Assembly (NCBI GenBank): GCA_965237525.1
Contig: CBDEFO010000008.1
Coordinates: 1,024,001-1,088,000, forward strand
Length of the DNA: 64,000 bases
Source: Candidatus Latescibacterota bacterium
GTDB lineage: Bacteria > Latescibacterota > CBDEFO01
Direction of reading: 5' to 3'
Position 1 is the first letter of the stretch. Each line of letters opens with the position of its first letter. Below, in pieces: positions 30,477 to 41,133 of this stretch. The position numbers were made by a program, and so were the translations under genes. The notes beneath the pieces were generated by a model that was not told the DNA's origin, did not search any database, and saw only the letters and a list, made by a program, of their open reading frames with translations.

Positions 30477-30972
30477 ATGTGACCTCCGTTAGGACTAGAT
30501 ACATTGGTGGAACTTTTGATTAGGTTCGGCCTTTCAAAAGGTGTTATGTGACGTTGCAATTTTGTCGAACTGATTATCAGGCCAAATCTGTTTTGCTACC
30601 TTATACCAACAGATAGCCCCTACAGCAATACTCAAACTTAATAAGAGGGTGAACGACTTCAATAATTCTCGCTTTATTTTGGGGGCGGCCATAATTTATT
30701 AATCGCTTCTTTTATTACTCTATCTCTAGGCTCAAATATGTTCCATGCTTTGGGATGTACAATAATGGTGAATACGTCGCGATATCGCTTTTCTAAGTGT
30801 TTGAGAATTTTCAACTCAGAGTAATTGCCATTCACAGATTTTGAAATTAGATGTTTTTTTATAAGGTTCTCTCTTTAAGATTTCAAAAATGTAATGCCAC
30901 ATAGAGTTGTCCTCTTAACTTTAACTCAATATATAAAGCTACTCTCTTTTGCGGTCCTTGTCAACAATATTT

Positions 30973-31935
30973 TCAATCGCTCTCTGACTTCATAGATCTG
31001 AACATCTTCAGCATCTTTATCAGCCCGCGATTCCTCTCGGATATGACCTCCTCCTGGGTTTTTGATGCGTAGTCATAGACACCCTTGCCTGTCTTTACGC
31101 CGTAGTGTCCATTTTCCACAAGTTCCTTGAGGATCTTCGGAGGCTCTGTTGAATTATCGATCTCTTTCAGCAGATAGCCGGCGATCTTATAGACCGTGTC
31201 GAGTCCGGCTATGTCGAACGTCTGCAGGGGACCTATTACGGAGTATCGGAATCCGAGTCCCTCCCTTATCGAAAGGTCTATGTCCTCTGCGTCCGCGATC
31301 CCTTCGTGGAGGATGCTGTAGGCTTCTCTTGCGATTGCAAACTGCATCCTGTTGGCTACAAAGCCCCGGGCGTCCTTTTTGACCATCACCGGCTTTTTGC
31401 CAATTTTAGGGCAAAGATCGCGAACTGTTCTGAGAGCCTCGTCCTCCGTCTTTTCTCCTTTGATTATCTCGACTAATGGCATAATATGCGGCGGGTTCCA
31501 CCAGTGCATACCCACCACCCTTTCTGGCCTTTTTGTCGCTCTGGCGATTTCGGTTATGGGAAGACCGGACGTATCTGTGGATAGGATAATGTCCTGCCCA
31601 CATATCTGGTCTAACTTTGAGAAGATAGACCTTTTTATCTCCAGATCTTCCGGGGCATTTTCGTTTATAAAATCCGAGTCGGACAGATCCTGAATATCTG
31701 TGGTAGTGGAGATCTTGGATAAAGCCTGTTCAGATTTCTCTTTTGTGATAAGGCCGTTTTCTTGAAACTGCCTTTGATTCAGCCTTATAAGGTCCAGACC
31801 CCTTTGAAGCCCAACGGGGGTTCTGCTGTGCATTATGACGTCGAAACCGGACTCTGCAAAGGTTTGGGCTATCCCTGCTCCCATATTGCCCGCTCCCACC
31901 ACTCCCACCGTGTTGATGTCTTTTCGAATTAGCAT
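30973..31935 (-). CDS. 3-hydroxyacyl-CoA dehydrogenase family protein
   Basis: GAGNMGAGIA, E..PE...IK, GMHWWNPP..MPLVE, GFVANR, GVKTGKG. Confidence 0.92.
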   Translation of the reverse strand: MLIRKDINTVGVVGAGNMGAGIAQTFAESGFDVIMHSRTPVGLQRGLDLIRLNQRQFQENGLITKEKSEQALSKISTTTDIQDLSDSDFINENAPEDLEIKRSIFSKLDQICGQDIILSTDTSGLPITEIARATKRPERVVGMHWWNPPHIMPLVEIIKGEKTEDEALRTVRDLCPKIGKKPVMVKKDARGFVANRMQFAIAREAYSILHEGIADAEDIDLSIREGLGFRYSVIGPLQTFDIAGLDTVYKIAGYLLKEIDNSTEPPKILKELVENGHYGVKTGKGVYDYASKTQEEVISERNRGLIKMLKMFRSMKSESD

Positions 31936-31950
31936 ATTATATTTCTCCTT

Positions 31951-33909
31951 TCAAAGCCCGGATCTTATCCGTCGGAGGTACTCCGCAGCCTTCCTGTTGT
32001 TCGGGTTGAGAGCGACCGTCTTTTCAAGATAACGCCTGGCTTCCCCTCTTTCTCCCTGCGCCAGTTTGACCCGTGCAAGGAGATTATACGCCGGAGAATG
32101 ATAACGATCTATCTGGATGGCCTTTTTAAGCTTCTCTTCAGCCTTCACGTATCTCTTTGCGCGGAAATACACGATTCCCAGGTTGTAATGGAGCGTCGCT
32201 GACTCTGGCGCTGCATTAGAAGCCTTCTCGTACTCCTGAAAAGACTTCAGGGTGTCCTGTAACGCTATGTAAAAGTCCGCCTTCGAGAAATGATAGTTGG
32301 AAACGATCTTGGCCGTCCATTTGTCCTTGTAACAGGGGGCGGTGGAGAAGGAATCGGGATCTACAAAGTTCCAAAAATGGTCCCGGATCCGATAGTCGGA
32401 GCCTTCTTTTACGACCCGGTAGCAGAGTCCCTCAGGCATAAGGGTGTATCCGGGAGCAAAGTCGAGATTTTTCTTGATAACGTAGTAGACAGGGCGATCT
32501 TCCTTCTGGATGAGGGCACTTTCAACTCCCCGCCGCAACTTTGATTTCTGCTGGAAGGGGAGTCTGGCGTAATCCTTCCCGTAGATACCGCTGAATACAG
32601 GACCATCCCTGTGGTAAAGATCCACATCGGGTCGCATCTTCTCTACGACCTTCAGATAGTCCAGTATAAACGATGCGTCGTCACCCTCTGTTAAGAGAAC
32701 GGCCGAATGATCCAAAGACCTTAGTATATCTCTTCCATAGTAGTATGCGAGCCTGTTCTGGCTCAGGTCGTTTCTGTGGAAATTAAACGCTAAAGGAAAG
32801 ACAGCAAGTGCGATCATAACCGCCGATATTACATTTCGTGTGGAAAATCCGAAGGATATTTCCCCCGTTTTCTGCTGAATATACGTCAGGGCGTATGCGA
32901 TCCAGATGGAGACCACGAAAAACGATGGGATAAAGAACACCTGAATATCTAGTATTCTATAGTTGATCGCATAGAAAACTGAGAGAGTAAATATCAGAGC
33001 TGAAAAGGCGAATATCCTCCTGTTAGACTTCATATTTGCGACCATTCCCACGGGCGCAAGCCAGATTACGTATGTGGTGAACTCTCGAGGGAGAGATTTA
33101 ATGTACTTCAGCAGATTATAGAGCGCGGCGTCGGCCTGCAGCTGGAAGGGAAGGCTGAACATCCTGTGAGAATATGTGAGCATGTATCTTAAAAAGTCGC
33201 TCAAGGTATCTACAGGAGCCCACCTAAATGGCAGAGATGGATCGTCTCTGAGGGGAAGATATATATAGGGGGTAAGGCCCAGGATCACAAGCGTAACTAG
33301 ATAAGCCAGATCTTTGAGCCTTATTCTGCCGGGGGACGATACGAGAAAGAAAATAAGAGCCGGAAGTAGCAGAACAGACGTCAGATGGCTCGACAGGGAA
33401 AGTCCAAAAATAAATGCCGAAAGCGCAAGGTATCTTTTATCCTGAGTCCGATCCCACGTCAAAAGCGCAAAGGTAAGAAGACTCATTAAAAGGATATTAA
33501 GCGTATAGACCTCAGCTGTGACAGACTGAGACCAGAATCCCGATGAGAAGGCGAAGATAAGGGCAGATGAGAAGGATGCCGCTGCAGATTTTGTGAGCCT
33601 GTAGAGGAGAAGGTAGAAGACGAATATGGAGGACGATCCAAAAAAAGCGGATATAAGGTTGATCTTAAAGGGAACGTTGCCCCCCGGGACGAGCAGGGAA
33701 AATATTCTTGCCAAAAGACAGTAGAGAGGATAGCCTGTAGGGTGTGCTATACCGAGCGTGTGAGCTGCGGTTATGAGTTCTCCGCTCCCCACCACATAGA
33801 CCGTCGGACAGAGGGTGTTGAGGTAGACTACAAAGGAGATAAGGGAACATAGGGAGGCGACATAGATATCCTTCCTTTCGATTTTCCTGTCCGCTATTGA
33901 TAAGAGCAT
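31951..33909 (-). CDS. DUF2723 membrane glycosyltransferase-like protein with C-terminal TPRs
   Basis: LGIAHPTGYPLY, FWSQSVTAEVY, YLPLR, multiple TMs, TPR repeats. Confidence 0.8.
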   Translation of the reverse strand: MLLSIADRKIERKDIYVASLCSLISFVVYLNTLCPTVYVVGSGELITAAHTLGIAHPTGYPLYCLLARIFSLLVPGGNVPFKINLISAFFGSSSIFVFYLLLYRLTKSAAASFSSALIFAFSSGFWSQSVTAEVYTLNILLMSLLTFALLTWDRTQDKRYLALSAFIFGLSLSSHLTSVLLLPALIFFLVSSPGRIRLKDLAYLVTLVILGLTPYIYLPLRDDPSLPFRWAPVDTLSDFLRYMLTYSHRMFSLPFQLQADAALYNLLKYIKSLPREFTTYVIWLAPVGMVANMKSNRRIFAFSALIFTLSVFYAINYRILDIQVFFIPSFFVVSIWIAYALTYIQQKTGEISFGFSTRNVISAVMIALAVFPLAFNFHRNDLSQNRLAYYYGRDILRSLDHSAVLLTEGDDASFILDYLKVVEKMRPDVDLYHRDGPVFSGIYGKDYARLPFQQKSKLRRGVESALIQKEDRPVYYVIKKNLDFAPGYTLMPEGLCYRVVKEGSDYRIRDHFWNFVDPDSFSTAPCYKDKWTAKIVSNYHFSKADFYIALQDTLKSFQEYEKASNAAPESATLHYNLGIVYFRAKRYVKAEEKLKKAIQIDRYHSPAYNLLARVKLAQGERGEARRYLEKTVALNPNNRKAAEYLRRIRSGL

Positions 33910-34009
33910 GAGCGTAGCATGCGTTCTGTATTTCGGTCAATGTTTAGTATAGGGGCGATAAACCCAGCCCTTACAGATATCGTGTTCCCTGGGGATTCAA
34001 CGTTCCGAA

Positions 34010-35125
34010 TCAGACGGAAGCAGACTGCCTCGTCTTTAGCTTTCCCTCTCCATATTCGCAAAAGAGACGCCCCCACTTTGTATCCATAAATTCGTCAATG
34101 ATCCTCTTACCCACCGTGGGATACCACATAAAGTCGTGGTAGACGTTGGAAGCAAATGGAGCCCAGGCAACTAAAGGAGAGTGCAGAAGTATCTTTTCAA
34201 AGGGACGCAGAGCGCCCTTCCTCAGCATCTGATCTCCCCATATAACGAAGCTCCTTTTTGCCTCGAATCCGAAGTCTGTGTCCGTTATGTCCTCTCCGAC
34301 GATCTCTATTTCCTTGGGATCACCCACACCTAGTCGCCTCTCGTGGCACATCCTGATGTAGGGTATCTCCATAGGTTCGAACCCCATCATCTTGGCGGCT
34401 ATGCTGTCTATGGCTACGCTGTCCCCGCTGGCTAATATGTAGTCCTTGATATGGGGGTCCATAGTCCTTGGACCTGCCCCGTCTCCGCAGACCGTTCCGT
34501 CCATAACGGCAAAGACGCCCGGGTGGATCTCCTTCTGCATGATCATAAGGTCTACCAGCGTTTCGTGAATATATTTGTGTGCATAGTGGCGGACCTCCTT
34601 CAACATCCCGCCGAAGGCGTTCTTTATAGCCCCTGTCGTCGTGGAGTGACCATGCGTCTTTACTGTGGGAAGGTGCACTATATTCTTCCCGATGAATATC
34701 TTCGGAATCTGTATCCCGCGAGGGAATATCTCCTTAAGGACGAGGAGCTCTTCTTGGAACTCGTAAGTAGTCCACTCCACTTCGGGAAGGGGTATAAAGG
34801 GCAGTCCGAACGATTCGAGCACGGGCATCCAGTTGTTCTCCACCGCCCCCTTTTTGGGATCCGTAACCACGGTCTTATTTTCCAGGGGAAAGAGGGCCTC
34901 CCTTTCGAATCCATCTCGAAGGAGGGTATTAAGAACGCCCTCTAACTGCCAGGGCTGGGAAGAGCAGGCGGGAAAGTACTTTGTCCAGGAGAGATTCAGC
35001 TTGATTATCGTATCTACATCTTTGGAGATGAACCGCTCGTACTCTGCAAGGCGCATAAGTTTCGCATAATCATCCACTACCGTCTCAGGGGTAGTCTTAA
35101 GAACTGCCACCTTAGGTGTTGCCAT
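34010..35125 (-). CDS. DUF362 domain protein
   Basis: IKLNLSW, LPTVKTH, TGAIKNAFG, DG...GDGAGP, D.VAID. Confidence 0.82.
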   Translation of the reverse strand: MATPKVAVLKTTPETVVDDYAKLMRLAEYERFISKDVDTIIKLNLSWTKYFPACSSQPWQLEGVLNTLLRDGFEREALFPLENKTVVTDPKKGAVENNWMPVLESFGLPFIPLPEVEWTTYEFQEELLVLKEIFPRGIQIPKIFIGKNIVHLPTVKTHGHSTTTGAIKNAFGGMLKEVRHYAHKYIHETLVDLMIMQKEIHPGVFAVMDGTVCGDGAGPRTMDPHIKDYILASGDSVAIDSIAAKMMGFEPMEIPYIRMCHERRLGVGDPKEIEIVGEDITDTDFGFEAKRSFVIWGDQMLRKGALRPFEKILLHSPLVAWAPFASNVYHDFMWYPTVGKRIIDEFMDTKWGRLFCEYGEGKLKTRQSASV

Positions 35126-35199
35126 ATTCCGCTCCTTTGACCTTATTCTGGTATCGGGTCAACATAGTCTGGAGGTGATTATAGAGATCCGCAATAGTA

Positions 35200-35487
35200 A
35201 TCTGCATACCCGGATCTCGGCCAGGATCTGTACAGGCTTTTTGGAGCCGCGTGCTTGCGCTTTATCAGTGCAATACCCCTGAGCACCTTTCCCTGCAGGC
35301 CCGTCCGGTGGTGGTTCACAGCCGCGAGGATGATTTCATACCTTCAGTCCGCGGCCGGCGGCTCGACGAGGCGGCCAGGAAACTCAGGCAGTTCCTCGAG
35401 ATCGCGGGGGATCACAACGACCGATTTTTGCTGTCAATAGAGTCCTACAGAGAGCCCCTAGAGGAGCTTATTGAGGAGTCGGATTGA
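35200..35487 (+). pseudogene. C-terminal remnant of an alpha/beta hydrolase
   Basis: VVHSREDDFIP..GRRL.EAA...QFLEIAGDHND resembles the Asp/His end of a/b hydrolases; no N-terminus. Confidence 0.5.
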
Positions 35488-35496
35488 AGAAGCAGT

Positions 35497-36263
35497 TCAG
35501 ACCTTGCCTTCTTTTTCCCACTCCTCAAATAGTTGCTTCTTGTAGGCCTCGACCCGCTCCTTGTCCTCTTTGGCGCGTTGGGCGTAGTAGACAAACCCCA
35601 GGGCCCTCCGGTGCCGTTCGCTTGGATTCGCGTCAGTCCGGTGAATGGTCATGCAGTGGTGCGCGATAAGGTCGCCAGGCTCGGCGTGAATAGCCGCCTC
35701 AATCTGGTAGTCCGCCTCGCGATAGCGTAGTCCGTTATGCCCAGGGAAAAACCCAACACATTGGAGCTCTGGTGCGGACGCATACCCCGGCATCGCGACC
35801 CCGGCACAAAGCGCATGCAGCCGTTCTCATCGTCGATTGTATCCAGGGCCAGCCACAAGGTCACGGCCTCGTTGGGCTCCAGCATGAAGTAGAACCCATC
35901 CTGATGGGGTGGGGTCACCTTGCCGACCCGGGCGGGCTTGTTGAACCACGACATTCCGCTGGTCACCACCTGGTCGTTCATCAACAACTCGGCGAGTTCG
36001 ACAAGGCTGCTGCTGGTGCAAAGGTCCTTGAAATAGGCGTCGTGTTTGGACATGCTCTCCAGCCGCATGATGGCTTCGGGGTCGTCCTTCACTTCGTAGA
36101 AAGCCGCCTTGTCCGGAAGTCGGGGCAGTACCTCGGCAATGTAGCGGTCGGTCTGGAGATTGATTTCTTCTGCTTCTTCCGAACTCAGAAATCCGCGCAG
36201 CACAATGTAACCATCCCGGTCGAAGGCTTCCTTGATCTCCTGGGCGTTTTTCTTCCAGTCCAT
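35497..36263 (-). pseudogene. PhyH family dioxygenase, frameshifted near 35720
   Basis: TPPHQDG, ENGCM..VPGS in one frame; PGDLIAHH..TIH...RRAL in another. Confidence 0.75.
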
Positions 36264-36335
36264 GATTTCTCCTTTCGCTATTATTCAGTATCGATCAGCT
36301 CTGGCGTTACCAAATTTCCGGGTTGGCCGTGCCAA

Positions 36336-37157
36336 TCAGTCTAACGGTAAGTCTGCTTCGTAGGCTTCGACCTCTGGGAACCGTGTCGTGCCGCACAGCA
36401 GCCGGCCTAATCGCGGGCGGCGATCGTCATAGACCTCTACCGCGTCGGCGTCGGCGTATCGCATGAAAAGGATACGTCGGTCGCGATCTTTTGATAGGTT
36501 ACCCTGAGACTTGTGCAGCATGTGACAGTGGAAAAACAAGCATTCGCCAGCCTTCACCGGCATCGGCACGCCAAGGCTGTCATCCACGGTCAGCTCCACG
36601 GGACGGTTGCCCCCCTTGTCCGCCTTCGTGCGCGAGACCTCACACTGGCCTTGTTGGTGGCTGCCAGGGACCAGCCACAGGCATCCGTTGCCCACGTCAG
36701 TGTCGTCCAGAGCCGTCAAACAGGATATCGCGCTGTAGGGGTCCAACTCACCATACGCGTTGTCCTGATGCCAGGCAAACGGCTGTGTGTTGCCGCGCAT
36801 CTTGAATGTTAACTGGGAAGTCGCGGCCTTGATGTTCGTCCCGATCACCTGCCTTGCGATGTCCACCAGGGGTCCGCTGAAGTAATATCGGCGTACCACG
36901 TCCGAGCGGTGATGAATGTTGGGAAGCAACGCATTGTGCAGCCATGTTTTGTTTGGATCAAACGCGTCTTTCTCTGCACTCCAGGCTTGCATCACTTCCT
37001 GTCGCATCAGCTCCAGTCCCTTCTCCGTCAGCGTGCTGCCGATGTTGAGGTAGCCCTCTTCGCCATATCGTTCGATCTGTTCGTCCGTGAGCATGAAGTA
37101 GTTGAAAACATCGGTGTGACGGTCCGTCACGATGTCAGCCATGGGTCTGTCCTCCAC
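36336..37157 (-). CDS. PhyH family dioxygenase
   Basis: WHQDNAY, NGCLWLVPGSH, H..LH.S..N...DRR. Confidence 0.88.
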   Translation of the reverse strand: MEDRPMADIVTDRHTDVFNYFMLTDEQIERYGEEGYLNIGSTLTEKGLELMRQEVMQAWSAEKDAFDPNKTWLHNALLPNIHHRSDVVRRYYFSGPLVDIARQVIGTNIKAATSQLTFKMRGNTQPFAWHQDNAYGELDPYSAISCLTALDDTDVGNGCLWLVPGSHQQGQCEVSRTKADKGGNRPVELTVDDSLGVPMPVKAGECLFFHCHMLHKSQGNLSKDRDRRILFMRYADADAVEVYDDRRPRLGRLLCGTTRFPEVEAYEADLPLD

Positions 37158-37297
37158 TTGCTTATATGTGATCTATTTCTCTTATCTTTCTACTTCGCTG
37201 TGATATGCAAACCTCGGACATGCATCACTTTCGGTGAAAGACCAGCATTGCTCTCTTGTCATCTAATTTCTCACCTACTTGCTCTTCAAAGAAACTA

Positions 37298-37555
37298 TCA
37301 ACTGGACTTTTTACGGGTGCAAGAGTTCTGTACATGCGTCTCAAGTTTAGTAATCTTACTGCTTCTGTGTCCGAATAGTTCCCTAATATATCTCAAGACA
37401 ATGCCAATTTCAAGCAAATTCGTAGCGAAACTGTGCCTCAAATAGTGTACCGCTACCTTTCTGTCTATTCCTCCATTTTTGCAGACCCCTTCAAGAATCT
37501 TTTGAACTGTTGGAATCGCGAGATTCCTCCCTTGGCACTGCCTGTCTGAAGCCAC
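37298..37555 (-). pseudogene. tyrosine recombinase C-terminal fragment
   Basis: HYLRHSFATNLLE...RYIRELFGH.S; catalytic Tyr region degenerate, no N-terminus. Confidence 0.7.
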
Positions 37556-37691
37556 TTCTCTTGCTCACCTATCTGTATCACCCCAAAACCCTTATAGGGA
37601 CATCCGGAAAGATTGTATATCTTACTTTCCTGCCTCTATCTCCTTGGAAATGAATCTAACCTCCAGGGAGTGGACAAGGTGCCCTGTCTTC

Positions 37692-38015
37692 TTACTTAGT
37701 CTCCTCCTCTATCCAATTCAGATAGTCCTTTGAACCGCCTAAGATGGGAAGGGCTATTATCTCAGGGACCTCGTAGCTGTGCAGTTCTTTGACTTTTTTT
37801 ATTATTTCCTCCAACTGATCCTGCGTGCTTTTGGCTATCAAAAGGACTTCGGTTTCGTCGCAAATTTCGCCCTTCCACCAGTAGAACGACCTTATAGAGG
37901 AAGCTATGTTGGAGCAAGCCACAAGCTTCTCCTCGATAAGCGCCCGTCCGATTCTTTGCGCCTCTTCGTCTGAGCTTGCGGTTACAAATATAACTACGTA
38001 TTGCGACAATTCCAT
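37692..38015 (-). CDS. cutA: divalent-cation tolerance protein CutA
   Basis: LVACSN, SFYWWKG, E..L..K, HSYEVPEII, YLNW. Confidence 0.95.
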   Translation of the reverse strand: MELSQYVVIFVTASSDEEAQRIGRALIEEKLVACSNIASSIRSFYWWKGEICDETEVLLIAKSTQDQLEEIIKKVKELHSYEVPEIIALPILGGSKDYLNWIEEETK

Positions 38016-38049
38016 CTTTTCTCTTCCGCTAAAAATCTGGAAATCTTTC

Positions 38050-38285
38050 TAACCCGATTAATTCATAATCTTGGTGGAGTCATTGCGAGGAGCAACGCGA
38101 CGAAGCAATCTCAACGTTTTATAGTGGTCTCCTATGAGAGCCGGAGCCTATTACGTCTACCACAGAAATCGAGATTGCTTCGCCTTAGGCTCGCAATGAC
38201 ACCGAAGGTCGTTAAACGGGATAACTATAATATAATACAATAGCTTAATTAATACACGACCTTTTTTTGTGAATTATTCAGGATA
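38050..38285. mobile_element. MITE copy A (236 bp)
   Basis: ~20-bp imperfect TIRs (TAACCCGATTAATTCATAA / TTGTGAATTATTCAGGATA), internal GTCATTGCGAG/GAAGCAATCTC hairpins; inverted homolog at 43547-43800. Confidence 0.75.
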
Positions 38286-39018
38286 ATACAAAACTCTCCA
38301 ATTTCTGTGCCACCTGGATAGCGTCTCTTGCATCTTCGAGGGAGTAATCCCGAAAATCCTCTGGATAACTGACTGCTACAGCGTAAGGGTTTGAACTTAT
38401 TATCTCAGACGTTATGCTATTAAACGCTGGTTCTGCCAACGCACATAGGTCTTTCAGATGGACTAAACTATGGGTCTTTTCAAATTCAATCTGGTGAAAG
38501 ACCAGAAGTCCCTTCGAGTATTTCTCCGCCGCCTGCTGCGAGTGTAAGCAGATAATATCCTCAGAGGGAGAGTCCAGTTCGATCAGAGCCTCGGCGTCTC
38601 TTAGATCGCTCCGGGCTTTTTTGAACCGTTCCCACACTAACTTTGTAATCGTATCTCGGTGGTTCATAGTCTTCTCCACCCTCTTTTTCTCCTGTCCTGG
38701 CTGCTGGTAGAGCGTCTTGCCCGTTCTTATAACCTTGTTTATGAAAGCCCCTTTCACATCTTCGTATTCTTCCACCTCCTGGGGCGTATAGACGATGATA
38801 TCAATCGGAACGCCGAAGGGAGAGATCACCTCGTATGCCTCTACTGCCCTCTTATGCCTCGGCAGATCGGATTCTTTAATCAGGACTATATCTAAGTCGC
38901 TGCCCTTATTTGGAATTCCATGGGCGTGCGATCCGAATAATATAATCTTTTCGGGATGTATCTTTTCGACTATTTTGTCTTTGATATCCCGTATGAGTGT
39001 TTCTGTTATTTTGGTCAT
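38278..39018 (-). CDS. MNT nucleotidyltransferase-HEPN fusion protein
   Basis: ILFGSHA.G....SDLD...IDI (MNT), then ARSDL, HSQQAAEK..K, KTHSL (HEPN). Confidence 0.82.
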   Translation of the reverse strand: MTKITETLIRDIKDKIVEKIHPEKIILFGSHAHGIPNKGSDLDIVLIKESDLPRHKRAVEAYEVISPFGVPIDIIVYTPQEVEEYEDVKGAFINKVIRTGKTLYQQPGQEKKRVEKTMNHRDTITKLVWERFKKARSDLRDAEALIELDSPSEDIICLHSQQAAEKYSKGLLVFHQIEFEKTHSLVHLKDLCALAEPAFNSITSEIISSNPYAVAVSYPEDFRDYSLEDARDAIQVAQKLESFVLS

Positions 39019-40157
39019 TTTATAGCTGTGGAAACCTGAGCAATTTCCGCTTCAGATTCACCGGGAAAATAGCCGTAAAATCCCCTCGGCGCAGGTCTTT
39101 CAAACCATCGGGCTATGACCTTTTCTGCCGGCTTCTTCCTCGGCGTAAACCCTCTGTTGGAATATCCTCCGATGTTCGGGTCGGTGAACCATTTCCACCA
39201 GTAGAGGCCGTAAAACCAGGGCCTTCCCCAGAAAGTCGCTAAAACAGCCTGGTAGCATTCGGCCTGCTCCTGGTGATTTACAGGAGAGCGCGAACTCCAC
39301 TCCCAGGGCCGAACGCTTGTGCCATAGACACTTTTGTATCCCACCTCCGTAAAGATTATGGGCTTATTCACTTTCTTGTTAAATTCATCCAACTGATCGG
39401 CTATCAGTTCGCATCCCATTTTAAGCTCCTCAAGCGAGGCGTCCTCTTTGTCGCTCAAGGGGAAAAAGGCGTTTATGCCCACGTAATCCAAAAGGTCCCA
39501 GAACTCTATTAAACTGTATTCCTGCCACCAGTTCGCGGCATAGATCAACGGTCCGCTGTAGATGGTCCTGATCTCCTTTATAAGTCTTCTCCAGTCGTCC
39601 TTCCTCTGCACAGCGGTGGCCATAAGTTCGGTGCCTACGCAGAAGACCTCAGCGTTATAGTCTTCGGCTATCCGGGCGTAGTGTAGGATAAAGATTCTAT
39701 AGTTTCGGAACCACTCCTTCCACGCCGATTCGTTCGGCATTCTTATAGTGCCCCTCCAGTTTCCATCCCATCTCTTCCCGAGCCAGATGTGGGGTTTGAT
39801 CATAACCTTGAGGCCCATACGGTGCGCCTCTTTTACGGCATGTATGACATCCTTATCTGTTGGATCCACTCCGAAACCGATATAAGAATCGTCGAATTTC
39901 TTCTGAAATGCAAAGGGAGTGATAGATATATATTCTACGTTTATGTCTGAGAGTATCCCCAGAGACTGCCTGGACTTTCGCGACCTCAAGCTATTGTCCT
40001 GTCGGTATCCGTGCGTATAAGAGACGCCCTTTTGCCAGGTGGGGCGAAACTTTTTCTCTTGGACTGCCGGAAACGCTCCGGACTTTTCTCTGTAGACCAG
40101 AATAGGAATTAACAGCAGTATTAATATAAATATTCTGTAGCATCTATGTTGTGACAT
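39015..40157 (-). CDS. GH113-like glycoside hydrolase, exported
   Basis: GLKVMIKPHIW, WRG.I, VGTEL, YAANW, FWD.LD.VG...FFPL, FTEVGY.S; N-terminal hydrophobic segment. Confidence 0.8.
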   Translation of the reverse strand: MSQHRCYRIFILILLLIPILVYREKSGAFPAVQEKKFRPTWQKGVSYTHGYRQDNSLRSRKSRQSLGILSDINVEYISITPFAFQKKFDDSYIGFGVDPTDKDVIHAVKEAHRMGLKVMIKPHIWLGKRWDGNWRGTIRMPNESAWKEWFRNYRIFILHYARIAEDYNAEVFCVGTELMATAVQRKDDWRRLIKEIRTIYSGPLIYAANWWQEYSLIEFWDLLDYVGINAFFPLSDKEDASLEELKMGCELIADQLDEFNKKVNKPIIFTEVGYKSVYGTSVRPWEWSSRSPVNHQEQAECYQAVLATFWGRPWFYGLYWWKWFTDPNIGGYSNRGFTPRKKPAEKVIARWFERPAPRGFYGYFPGESEAEIAQVSTAIK

Positions 40158-40185
40158 GGATCATATCCAATTTTCAAGTAGATCC

Positions 40186-41094
40186 CTATAACGACCAGCG
40201 ATAGTGCTTGGCTCCATGCGATGCCCGCAGTGCAAACTCCCACCTCTGGCGCCAGGTCTCGTAGTTGGTCTGCGCCGCCTCTGGGCGCAGCTTGCTGCGC
40301 ATAAGGAACGCCGGGTAGAAGGGGCGTCCTGTCGGTTGATATGCGTCGTTGTAGTGCAGGTCAAAGCTCCATCGCACTGCATCTGTCTCGTTCGGTCGAG
40401 CGTGGTGCAAGGTGTAGTTGTGGAACAGGATGACTCCGCCTCTGTGCAGAGGCAGGGGCTGTGGTTCGATGGATGGGAGATCTTCGGGAATTATACCCAG
40501 CCCGTAAGAGTTCTGAGTATGCTGCCTAAGACCGTCTGTGTGGCTTCTGGGCATCACCTCTAAGCAGCCGTTCTCCAGCGTTGCGTCCACAAGGGGTACC
40601 CAGATTGTGAGCATAAAGTAGGGGTCAGCGTCGGGCCAGCACACGCCGGCGTCTTGATGCCAGGAGCTCGGCCGTGTGCCGGTCTGTTGGTGCGGAAGGA
40701 CTGCCCTTATGTGCTGGATTGGATTGCACACAAACTCAGAGCCGACAAGCGATTCAGCCAGGTCCAGGATCTTGGGATTCTTCAAAAAGTTGAAGGTCGC
40801 CACCCCGCGCTCCTGCATAATGTCAAGCCCTTCGGCGATTTGTGGGGCTTCCCTGGCCAAGGACAGCAGTCGCCTTTCAAAGGGTTCATCTGCGAAAAGC
40901 TCGCTGAGTTTTCCCTCTTTATACAACTGCTGTGCACGTTTGTCGGTGATGGAGGAATATTCCTCCATCACCGGGCTTATGTCGTCCTCGTTCAGCACTT
41001 CCTCTAAGAGCAGGTAGTCGTTCTCATAGAAGGATAAGATCTGAGACTTTGTCAAGCGCATAATTATTATCATTCCTTTCCATCTTAATGGCAT
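40186..41094 (-). CDS. PhyH family dioxygenase
   Basis: WHQDAG, WVPLVDATLENGCL, LHHA.PN....RWS.D. Confidence 0.88.
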   Translation of the reverse strand: MPLRWKGMIIIMRLTKSQILSFYENDYLLLEEVLNEDDISPVMEEYSSITDKRAQQLYKEGKLSELFADEPFERRLLSLAREAPQIAEGLDIMQERGVATFNFLKNPKILDLAESLVGSEFVCNPIQHIRAVLPHQQTGTRPSSWHQDAGVCWPDADPYFMLTIWVPLVDATLENGCLEVMPRSHTDGLRQHTQNSYGLGIIPEDLPSIEPQPLPLHRGGVILFHNYTLHHARPNETDAVRWSFDLHYNDAYQPTGRPFYPAFLMRSKLRPEAAQTNYETWRQRWEFALRASHGAKHYRWSL

Positions 41095-41133
41095 CCAATA
41101 TCTTCTGTTTTCCCCTTCACAGTGAGTCCGGAT

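Noticed and set aside
37298..37555. Integron with cassette array
   Set aside because: Only a degenerate recombinase fragment; no attI/attC pattern recognised.
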